A stretch of 24,000 nt of DNA from Dehalococcoidia bacterium (GTDB taxonomy: Bacteria > Chloroflexota > Dehalococcoidia > JACVQG01 > JAZFUS01). The stretch's first letter is position 1, and the number at the start of each line of letters is the position of its first letter. Position numbers and translations under genes: made by a program. Where the stretch lies: the NCBI GenBank assembly GCA_036447315.1, contig JAZFUS010000126.1, forward strand, positions 1,950-25,949, read 5' to 3'. Positions 14,498-21,250 of this stretch are shown here, in pieces. The notes under the pieces were generated by a model. It had not been told where the DNA came from. It saw only the letters and a program-made list of their open reading frames with translations, and did no database searches.

Positions 14498-16027
14498 CTA
14501 CTTGGCGTGTTCCACCGCTCTGGTCTCCCTGATAACAGTGATCTTGATCTGTCCGGGATATTCCATGCCCTCTTCCACCTTCTTGACCACGTCCCGGGCC
14601 AGCCTCATGGCCCCCAGGTCGTCGATCTCGTCCGGCTTGACCATTATGCGTACCTCCCGGCCGGCCTGGATAGCGAAGGACTTGTCCACCCCGGGGAAGC
14701 TATTGGCGATGTTTTCCAGGTCATGGAGCCTCTTGAGGTAGTGCTCCAGGGATTCCCTTCGGGCCCCCGGCCTGGCTCCGCTCATGGCATCGGCGGCGCT
14801 CACGATAAAGCCCGCCACGCTGGATGTGCCCGTCTCCTGGTGATGCTCGGCGATAGCCTGAATCACCTGGGGGGACTTCTCCCACTGCTCCACTATCCGC
14901 GACCCAATGAGAGCATGGGGGCCATCCACCTCATGGTCGATCCCTTTTCCCACGTCATGAAGGAGTCCCGCCTTGACGGCGGTCTTGGCATCGAACCCGA
15001 TTTCCAGGGCGATCATCTGGGCGAATTGGGCCGTCTCGACCGAGTGTTTAAGAACATTCTGGCCGTAGCTGGTGCGATATTTGAGCCGGCCCAGGGCCCT
15101 GATCAGCTCCGGGGGAAGCCCCTGGACTCCCACCTCGTAGGAAGCGGCCTCCCCAGCCTCGAAAATGGCCTTTTCCACCTCACCCTTGGCCTTCTCCACC
15201 ACCTCTTCAATGCGGGCGGGATGGATACGGCCATCCACGATGAGTTGGGTCAGGGCCAGCCTGGCCACCTCCCGTCGCACAGGATCGAAGGCGGACAGAG
15301 TTACCGCCTCAGGGGTATCATCGATGATGAGGTCCACACCGGTGGCCTGCTCCAGGGCCCTGATGTTGCGCCCCTCCCGGCCGATGAGCCGTCCCTTCAT
15401 CTCATCCGTGGGCAGGTGAACCACGGAGACCGTGGTCTCAGTTACCACGTCGCTGGCCAGGCGCTGAATGGCCATGGCGAGTATTTCCCGGCCCCGGGCC
15501 TCGGCATCGGCCTTTATTCCGGCCTCCCATTCCCGGACCCTGCGGGAGGCCTCCTGCTTGACCTCTCCCTCCACAGACTCCAGCAGGAGCTGTTTGGCCT
15601 CGGAGGATGACATGCCGGAGATCAGTTCAAGCTGCTCGCTTTCCTTCTTCTTTAGCTCCTCTACCTGATTCCGGACGTTCTCTATCTCCTGCTCTTTGGC
15701 GCCGATATTCCCTTCGCGGCGCTCCACACCCTCGACCTTTCTCTCCAGGTTTTCCTCTTTCTGAGAGATGCGCCTTTCCAGCCGCTGTTGCTCCTCCCTC
15801 CGGTCTCGAAACTCCGCCTCCGCCGTGGATTTGATGCGGATCGCCTCCTCCTTGGCCTCCAGGAGCAACTCTTTCTGTTTGGTCTTAGCCTCCCCCAGAA
15901 CCTCCTCGGCAGCCTCGTTGGCGCTTTGGAGCTTGCGGCCGGCGATGATTCCCTTTATCCAATAGCTGGCTATACCACCCACGATCAGCGACACTAGGCC
16001 GACTAGAATGTATATAATCACAGACAT
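14498..16027 (-). CDS. rny: Ribonuclease Y
   Basis: 509 aa. N-terminal TM helix ([22 protein letters not shown]), a long Glu/Lys coiled coil, a KH block ([22 protein letters not shown]) and an HD block (GLLHDVGK). Confidence 0.95.
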   Translation of the reverse strand: MSVIIYILVGLVSLIVGGIASYWIKGIIAGRKLQSANEAAEEVLGEAKTKQKELLLEAKEEAIRIKSTAEAEFRDRREEQQRLERRISQKEENLERKVEGVERREGNIGAKEQEIENVRNQVEELKKKESEQLELISGMSSSEAKQLLLESVEGEVKQEASRRVREWEAGIKADAEARGREILAMAIQRLASDVVTETTVSVVHLPTDEMKGRLIGREGRNIRALEQATGVDLIIDDTPEAVTLSAFDPVRREVARLALTQLIVDGRIHPARIEEVVEKAKGEVEKAIFEAGEAASYEVGVQGLPPELIRALGRLKYRTSYGQNVLKHSVETAQFAQMIALEIGFDAKTAVKAGLLHDVGKGIDHEVDGPHALIGSRIVEQWEKSPQVIQAIAEHHQETGTSSVAGFIVSAADAMSGARPGARRESLEHYLKRLHDLENIANSFPGVDKSFAIQAGREVRIMVKPDEIDDLGAMRLARDVVKKVEEGMEYPGQIKITVIRETRAVEHAK

Positions 16028-16076
16028 TTCTGCCTCGCTTCCACTTCACAAGTTTGAGCCACATCATATTAACCTC

Positions 16077-16105
16077 ATACTAACTCCAGGGTCTTTCGCT
16101 GTCAA
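16077..16105 (-). promoter_or_regulatory. Sigma70-type promoter for rny (TTGACA-N17-TAGTAT)
   Basis: Minus strand has TTGACA at 16105-16100, a 17-nt spacer, and TAGTAT at 16082-16077. The predicted TSS is near 16070, giving a leader of about 43 nt with GAGG before ATG 16027. Confidence 0.65.
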
Positions 16106-16121
16106 GACAATACCAATTGCC

Positions 16122-16151
16122 TTGACCCCGCTCGGACGATGGGGGTAGAAT
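16122..16151 (+). promoter_or_regulatory. Sigma70-type promoter (TTGACC-N18-TAGAAT) placed to give a leaderless mRNA for the endonuclease IV-like gene
   Basis: TTGACC at 16122-16127, an 18-nt spacer, TAGAAT at 16146-16151. The A of ATG 16159 lies 8 nt after the last T of the -10 box, which is at the expected TSS. There is no SD between them. Confidence 0.55.
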
Positions 16152-16158
16152 CTTGGTT

Positions 16159-16989
16159 ATGGCGAGGCTTTACTTCGGGACCGCCGGGGCTCCTGTGAGT
16201 ACCAGGGCGCCCTCCACCACCCCTGCCGGCATTGAGCGTATCAGGGAGTTGGGCCTGGATGCCATGGAGGTCCAATTCGTCCAGGGGGTGAGGATGGGGG
16301 AGGGGACCGCCCTTCTGGTGAGGGAGACAGCCGCCCGCCATGGGGTGCATCTCAGCGCCCATGCCCCTTATTATGTAAACTTCAATGCCCATGAACCTGA
16401 GAAGCTCACCGCTTCCGAAGGTAGGCTTCTTCAAGCGGCCAGGGTGGCTGCCCTGTGCGGAGCCAGGAATGTTGTTGTCCATACCGCGTTTTATCTGGGA
16501 GACCCCGCCCCGGTGGTCCTTGAGCGGGTGAGGGCCGTCCTGGAAAAACTAACCCGGCGGCTTAAGGAGGAGGGGACTGAGGTCCTGATCCGGCCGGAGC
16601 TCATGGGGAAGCCGTCCCAGTTCGGCACCCTGGAGGAGCTCCTGGCGCTGAGCGCTGAGGTGCCGGGGGTGGCCCCGGCCCTGGATTTCTCTCACTTCCA
16701 CGCCCGCACCGGGGGGGTTAATTCCTACAGCGAGTTCGTGTCCGTGCTGGATATGGTGGAGGCCAAACTGGGCAGGGCTGCGCTGGAGGATCTGCACATC
16801 CACCTCTCCGGGATCAAGTATGGCCCAAAGGGAGAGTTAAAGCACCTGGTCCTGCGAGAGTCCGACATGGAGTATGAAGCTCTTCTCCGGGCCCTCAAGG
16901 ACAGGGAGGCCGGGGGATTGCTCATCTGTGAGAGCCCCAACCTGGAGGAGGATGCCCTCCTCCTCCAGGAGACCTACGAAAAAATTTGA
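16159..16989 (+). CDS. nfo: AP endonuclease family 2 / endonuclease IV-like TIM-barrel protein
   Basis: 276 aa from ATG 16159 (the track's TTG at 16153 is 2 codons upstream). The blocks HLSAHAPYYVNF, VVVHTAFY, IRPELMG, LDFSHFHA and HIHLSGIKYGPKGELKHL...ICESPN line up with the metal-ligand blocks of E. coli Nfo as I recall them. Confidence 0.72.
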   Translation: MARLYFGTAGAPVSTRAPSTTPAGIERIRELGLDAMEVQFVQGVRMGEGTALLVRETAARHGVHLSAHAPYYVNFNAHEPEKLTASEGRLLQAARVAALCGARNVVVHTAFYLGDPAPVVLERVRAVLEKLTRRLKEEGTEVLIRPELMGKPSQFGTLEELLALSAEVPGVAPALDFSHFHARTGGVNSYSEFVSVLDMVEAKLGRAALEDLHIHLSGIKYGPKGELKHLVLRESDMEYEALLRALKDREAGGLLICESPNLEEDALLLQETYEKI

Positions 16990-17048
16990 GGTCCTCCCCA
17001 CCCACCGCCTCGATAATGGCATGAGCGCCATAAAGGTGACAAAAGTCA

Positions 17049-17077
17049 TAGACGCCGGCCCGCTTCAGTCTTAAAAT
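17049..17077 (+). promoter_or_regulatory. Weak promoter candidate in an AT-rich patch upstream of the zinc-ribbon ORF (TAGACG-N17-TAAAAT)
   Basis: TAGACG at 17049-17054 and TAAAAT at 17072-17077. The stretch tcttaaaatttaacattaagga stands out in a GC-rich window. Confidence 0.25.
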
Positions 17078-17103
17078 TTAACATTAAGGATTGAGAGGCG
17101 GGT

Positions 17104-17367
17104 GTGACGATGAAAAGATTTGAAAGTACCGCGAAACGATCAACATCAAGCGACTGGCTCCTGAGAAGCTGCCCTCGATGCCAGGGCGACCTTTACAGGG
17201 ACATATATGCCAAAGAGGACGACCTCGTGTGCTTGCAGTGCGGGCGTTCCTATTCGCACGCGGCATTGGTTGACCGGGCAGACCAGATCGCCGGTGTACC
17301 GTCAGGGTCCGAGGAAGGTGCCGGGCCTCCCGTTCCCAACAAGAGGGTGAGGCTACCGTCCCGGTAG
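17104..17367 (+). CDS. Small hypothetical zinc-ribbon protein (CPRC...CLQC)
   Basis: 85-87 aa, from GTG 17104 (GAGAGG 5 nt upstream) or ATG 17110. A single CxxC-x17-CxxC ribbon (SCPRCQGDLYRDIYAKEDDLVCLQCG) is followed by a low-complexity tail. I recognise no family. Confidence 0.5.
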   Translation: MTMKRFESTAKRSTSSDWLLRSCPRCQGDLYRDIYAKEDDLVCLQCGRSYSHAALVDRADQIAGVPSGSEEGAGPPVPNKRVRLPSR

Positions 17368-17374
17368 GGGTCCG

Positions 17375-17392
17375 TGCCGCATCGGGGCGGCA
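17375..17392. terminator. Short hairpin between the convergent zinc-ribbon and crotonase genes (possible bidirectional terminator)
   Basis: TGCCGC-atcggg-GCGGCA gives a 6-bp stem. No U-tract on either strand. Confidence 0.2.
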
Positions 17393-17414
17393 TCGGGGCG
17401 CCGGCCAGTCAGCC

Positions 17415-18182
17415 CTATCTATTCTTCCATTCGGGCTTTCGCTTTTCGAGAAAAGCGTTGAGACCCTCGGTGGCGTCTTCCGTCTTCATCACGTCCTGGG
17501 CGATGTCGGCGGCTTCCTTCAGGGCCTCATCCCATCCCATATCGGCTGTCCGGTACATACCCTGGCGGGCCATGCGCAGCACGATGCCGCTGTGCCCGGA
17601 GAACCTCTTGGCGAACTCTTCGGTCGCCTTCTCCAGGTCACCGGGGGACACCACCTTGTTCACCAGGCCGATACGCTGTGCCTCAGCGGCGTCGATGTTG
17701 TCGCCGCTCAGGACAAACTCCAGACCCCTTCTCATGCCCAGGAGGCGCTGAAATAGAATCCCCGCGATCCCGGGAAAGGTGCCCAGTTTAATCTCGGGCT
17801 GGGCAAATACGGCCTTCTCCGAGGCCACGGCCATATCGCATCCCCCCACCAGTTCGCAGCCACCACCCAGGGCCACCCCGTTGACGGCGGCGATGGTGAC
17901 CTTGTCCACCTCCACGAGGCGCCTGAAAAGCTTTTCGAACTCCTCCATCATTATGGGCATCCGGTCGCCGATGTGGTCGGCCACCTCTACCCCGGCGGAA
18001 AAGGCGCGATCACCGGCCCCGGTGATAATCACCACCTTCACCACCTGATCGTTCTTCAACTCCTCCAGTTCAGCGTTCATCTCTTTCAGGGTCTCGATGC
18101 TCATTACGTTGACCGGGGGGCGGTTGATGGTAATCCGGGCTATCGCCTGGTTTTTCTCTACAATGATGTCCTGATAGGCCAT
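17415..18182 (-). CDS. Enoyl-CoA hydratase/isomerase (crotonase family)
   Basis: Contains ITINRPP.NVMS...L.......D..VKVVIITGAGDRAFSAGVEV and AAVNGVALGGGCEL. Start at ATG 18182 (AAGGAG 8 nt upstream, 255 aa), not the track's 18218. Confidence 0.85.
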   Translation of the reverse strand: MAYQDIIVEKNQAIARITINRPPVNVMSIETLKEMNAELEELKNDQVVKVVIITGAGDRAFSAGVEVADHIGDRMPIMMEEFEKLFRRLVEVDKVTIAAVNGVALGGGCELVGGCDMAVASEKAVFAQPEIKLGTFPGIAGILFQRLLGMRRGLEFVLSGDNIDAAEAQRIGLVNKVVSPGDLEKATEEFAKRFSGHSGIVLRMARQGMYRTADMGWDEALKEAADIAQDVMKTEDATEGLNAFLEKRKPEWKNR

Positions 18183-18248
18183 GGCCAAATCTCCTTTCGG
18201 TTCCGACCCCGTCCCCAAACGTCAGGGGGACGACGATATCCTCCCAGC

Positions 18249-18277
18249 ATTATAGTGCAAAGACCGGACGAGGGGAA
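18249..18277 (-). promoter_or_regulatory. Candidate promoter for the crotonase gene (TTCCCC-N17-TATAAT)
   Basis: Perfect TATAAT on the minus strand at 18254-18249, but a poor -35 (TTCCCC at 18277-18272). The ~60-nt leader contains a GTCCCC/GGGGAC hairpin (18211-18231). Confidence 0.35.
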
Positions 18278-18288
18278 GGCCGCCCTTA

Positions 18289-18771
18289 CTATGCCCCCGG
18301 CACGTGGGCGAATTCCTCCAACTCCCGGCTCATGGACTCCCAGTGTGTCCCCCGCCAGTAGACGCGGTGGCAGGCGGGGCACTGGGTAAACCCCGACTGC
18401 GTTTCGAGAACATAGGGGGGTACCAGGCACCGGACCTGGTCACGGTCCCTGGCTTCTAAGGGATGGTTGCACTCCAGGCATCGGCTAAAGGGGTGAAACT
18501 TCGGGTCGAGACCCAGGCTTGAAATCACCTGGCGAAGCTGATCCCTGGGATCCTCACTCAGGATGAAAATCACCTGGAGTCGGCCGCTGGTGACCACCCA
18601 CCGTTTCAGGATCTGGGTGTCCCTGGTCAGAAGGACCCGCCCCTCGTCCAGGGCCGCCCTTATCATTCGATTGTCATCCGGGCCGTCGAAGAGCCGGGCA
18701 TCATAGCCCATGAGCCGGAGCCACCGGGCCAGCCGGCCCACATTTATGTCAACCATAAAGGTTGTCGCCAT
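18289..18771 (-). CDS. Mut7-C RNase domain protein (PIN-like domain plus C-terminal zinc ribbon; DUF82)
   Basis: 160 aa. FMVDINVGRLARWLRLMGYD......D......A..EGRVLLTRD followed by RCLECN..L and CPACHRVYWRGTHW matches my recollection of the family consensus. ATG 18771 lies 2 nt after the upstream stop. Confidence 0.8.
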   Translation of the reverse strand: MATTFMVDINVGRLARWLRLMGYDARLFDGPDDNRMIRAALDEGRVLLTRDTQILKRWVVTSGRLQVIFILSEDPRDQLRQVISSLGLDPKFHPFSRCLECNHPLEARDRDQVRCLVPPYVLETQSGFTQCPACHRVYWRGTHWESMSRELEEFAHVPGA

Positions 18772-18773
18772 GC

Positions 18774-19541
18774 CTACAGCTCGATTTTCATGCCCTCCCA
18801 GGCACCGGTTACGGGAGTATCCAATTCCGCGGCCACGGCTTCCAGCTCGGTCTCCACCTCATCCCGCCAGTAGGGGTTGAAGTGCACCAGAATCACCTCC
18901 GGCAGAAAGCCCTTGAGCCTCTCAAACTCTTTCATCTCGTCGAGAAGCTGCGCCGGGGTAAGGTGACCGCTCTTGTTCAGCCACTCCCGGAGCCTGTTGG
19001 GCCCGGTGAGCTCGGTGATCAGGAGCTGGGGGGAAATGGTCTCCCACAGGGGGCCCAGGCCGGGACCGGTATCCGAGGTGTAAAACAGCGTCTTACCGTC
19101 TTTCTCGATCTCGAAGCCATGGGAAGGTACGCTGTGATTGCAGGGGCGGGGGGTAACTTTGTATCCCAGGATATCCACTGTCTTAAGGGGCTCCAGGGTA
19201 CGAAACTCCAGGGAGGGGCTTTCAGCGGACGGGGCTTTGGTGAAGTCGGGGAACAGGATGCCGTTGGTGATGTGGGTGGACAGGGCCTCCAGGACATCGG
19301 CGGTGGCATAGACCGGGGTAGGTCCGAAAACGGCCGTGGCCAGACCAAAGATGGCGACATCCTTGATATGGTCGAAGTGGCGATGGCTGAGCAGGATAGC
19401 CTCGATATTCGCCTGCGCCTCCAGGGTCAGGCCCGAGGTCAGGCTGCCGGCATCCACCGCCAGGACACCGTCGATAAGGAGGGTGACCAGGCGCGTATCC
19501 GTTGACTCCAGATTATGGGCACCCAGGATTTCGATCTCCAT
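18774..19541 (-). CDS. MBL-fold hydrolase resembling class II 3',5'-cyclic-nucleotide phosphodiesterases
   Basis: 255 aa. Contains SHRHFDHIKD (the H-x-H-x-DH metal motif), VYATADVLEALSTHITNGILFPDF, YTSDTGPG, LLITELTGPN, KSGHLTPAQLLDEMKEF and ILVHFNP. These follow the block order I recall for the PDEase_II family. AAGGA lies upstream of ATG 19541. Confidence 0.65.
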   Translation of the reverse strand: MEIEILGAHNLESTDTRLVTLLIDGVLAVDAGSLTSGLTLEAQANIEAILLSHRHFDHIKDVAIFGLATAVFGPTPVYATADVLEALSTHITNGILFPDFTKAPSAESPSLEFRTLEPLKTVDILGYKVTPRPCNHSVPSHGFEIEKDGKTLFYTSDTGPGLGPLWETISPQLLITELTGPNRLREWLNKSGHLTPAQLLDEMKEFERLKGFLPEVILVHFNPYWRDEVETELEAVAAELDTPVTGAWEGMKIEL

Positions 19542-19557
19542 GTTTGTCCTTTCTTTG

Positions 19558-20202
19558 CTAGGCCTTTTCCGGCCCGCGTCCGGGTACGAGCTCCCCGCCC
19601 AGCCCCAATGGCCCTGGTTGGCCGGCCTCTCCCCGGATGAGGTAGATCATGGGGATGCTGAGCAGGGTTACCGCCATTTTTACGATGTATTGCCCCCATA
19701 TCAGGGGAAGAACAGGGAAAACACCCGCAAAAGCAATGGTGATGAAAACGATACTATCCAACAACGTGGAGATAGCATTGGAGACTAATACCCGGGCCCA
19801 GCGGTAGCCGCCAATGCGCCGGCGCCACCAGGCAAACACCTCCACATCGATAAGGGAGGCGATAATATGGGCGGTGAGGCTGGCGAAAACTATGCGGTAG
19901 GTGGAGCCCAGGACACTCCGGAAGGCCTCGTTCCCCTCATAGAAGACGGCCGGAGGCAGGGCGATGGCAAAACGGGTATAGCCCGCCAGGAGCAGATTGG
20001 CGGCGAAGGCGGTGTAGACCACCCGCCGCGCTCCCTGTTTTCCCAACCGCTCGTTGATCAGGTCCACCAGGGTAAAGGTCAGCGCATAGATGAATACCGC
20101 CGCGGGAACGGTAATAGTGTTAAAAAGGGTCACCGGCTTGGCGGCGGTTACATTGGCGATGATCTCACATGCGATATAGAGGCCGACGAGGAGAATAGCC
20201 AT
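19558..20202 (-). CDS. yhhQ: Queuosine-precursor transporter YhhQ (DUF165/VUT family)
   Basis: 214 aa polytopic membrane protein. Contains EIIANVTAAK, FIYALTFTLVDLINE..G, SL.AHIIASLID..VF and VSNAISTLLDSIVF. ATG 20202 lies 1 nt after the corA stop. Confidence 0.8.
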   Translation of the reverse strand: MAILLVGLYIACEIIANVTAAKPVTLFNTITVPAAVFIYALTFTLVDLINERLGKQGARRVVYTAFAANLLLAGYTRFAIALPPAVFYEGNEAFRSVLGSTYRIVFASLTAHIIASLIDVEVFAWWRRRIGGYRWARVLVSNAISTLLDSIVFITIAFAGVFPVLPLIWGQYIVKMAVTLLSIPMIYLIRGEAGQPGPLGLGGELVPGRGPEKA

Positions 20203-20203
20203 A

Positions 20204-21172
20204 TTAGATCCAGTGCTTGCGGTGGAAGTAAAACAGCATGGAACCGCCGATCATGGCCATGAAGATGATGACCACGATGAAAGATATAAAACTCCCCGAT
20301 TGCAGGCCCCCCGGGAGAGGAACGTTCATGCCGTAGATGCTGGAGACCACCGTCAGGGGCATCATGATGGTGGCGAAGATGGTCAGGACCCTCATTACCT
20401 CATTAATGCGGTTGGAGGTCAGGGAATTGTTGGTATCGCTCAGCCCCTCAATGATCTCCTTGTACTCATCCAGGGCGCTCCATATCTTGTCCAGGTGGTC
20501 CACCACGTCGCCGAAATAGACATCCATTTCCTTTTCATCTTTGCCACTGAAGCGGCTCACCCTCCTCTCCATGGAGCCGATAACCGCCCGCAGGGGCCAA
20601 TTGATACGCCGGAAGGCGATAATATCCCGCCGGAGAATGGAGATTTCCTGGACCGTGTTCAGAGCCCTCTCGTCAAAGATGTCATCCTCCACCTTCTCGA
20701 TATTGGAGATGATTTTGTTCAGGATGGGAAAGCAATAGTCCACCATCCGGTCAACCAGGCGATACAGGAGATAGGAGGGGCTGCGCCCCATATTCTCCTG
20801 GCGGGCCGACTCATCGGACTGGCACTCCTGGAATAAATTGGCCAGGGGCCTCAGGTTCCCGGCATGGACGGTGACTATATAATCCTTACCGATGAAAATA
20901 CCGACCTGGGTGGAATGGGTTACCCGGGCGCGCCGGAGGAATACCGGAAAATGAAGCACGATGAACAGATAGTCATCATACTCATCGACCTTGGGCAACT
21001 GCACCTTGCTCAGACAGTCATCCAGGTCCAGGGGGTGAAAATGGAAGGCACGTTCCAGATAGCTCATCTGCCGGCGACTTGGTTTTTCGATGTTGATCCA
21101 GGTGACATCCTGGAAGGCCACCGATTCCACGCCAAGCTCTTCTTGTTCTTCAGCAGTGGTGGGCATGGTCAT
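20204..21172 (-). CDS. corA: CorA-family magnesium/cobalt transporter
   Basis: YGMNV motif between two C-terminal TM helices. Start at ATG 21172 (GGAGG 6 nt upstream, 322 aa), not the track's 21229. Confidence 0.9.
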   Translation of the reverse strand: MTMPTTAEEQEELGVESVAFQDVTWINIEKPSRRQMSYLERAFHFHPLDLDDCLSKVQLPKVDEYDDYLFIVLHFPVFLRRARVTHSTQVGIFIGKDYIVTVHAGNLRPLANLFQECQSDESARQENMGRSPSYLLYRLVDRMVDYCFPILNKIISNIEKVEDDIFDERALNTVQEISILRRDIIAFRRINWPLRAVIGSMERRVSRFSGKDEKEMDVYFGDVVDHLDKIWSALDEYKEIIEGLSDTNNSLTSNRINEVMRVLTIFATIMMPLTVVSSIYGMNVPLPGGLQSGSFISFIVVIIFMAMIGGSMLFYFHRKHWI

Positions 21173-21211
21173 CGGTATCCTCCCCCTTTCCCCCGGGACT
21201 GGCCAGAAAGG

Positions 21212-21243
21212 CTGCCCACATTTTATCACAATGTGGTGGGCAG
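21212..21243 (-). other. Inverted repeat just after the helicase stop: either a helicase terminator or an operator over the corA promoter
   Basis: Minus strand CTGCCCAC(CAC)ATT-GTGATAA-AATGTGGGCAG forms 8 GC-rich bp plus 3 bp with a 3-nt bulge. CCTTTCT follows it. Confidence 0.35.
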
Positions 21244-21248
21244 GGGAA
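21220..21248 (-). promoter_or_regulatory. Candidate extended -10 promoter for corA (TTCCCC-N17-TGaTAAAAT)
   Basis: Minus strand has TAAAAT at 21225-21220 preceded by TGA. The -35-position hexamer is TTCCCC at 21248-21243, the same hexamer as in the crotonase candidate. The predicted leader is about 41 nt and carries the SD. Confidence 0.3.
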
Positions 21249-21250
21249 GC

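Noticed and set aside
19558-21250. Expected riboswitches: M-box upstream of corA, preQ1 upstream of yhhQ, and lysine riboswitch upstream of asd/dapA.
   Set aside because: There is no room. The corA leader is at most 78 nt. yhhQ starts 1 nt after corA. asd and dapA start 1-nt overlapping and 17 nt after their upstream genes. I could not see the conserved cores.
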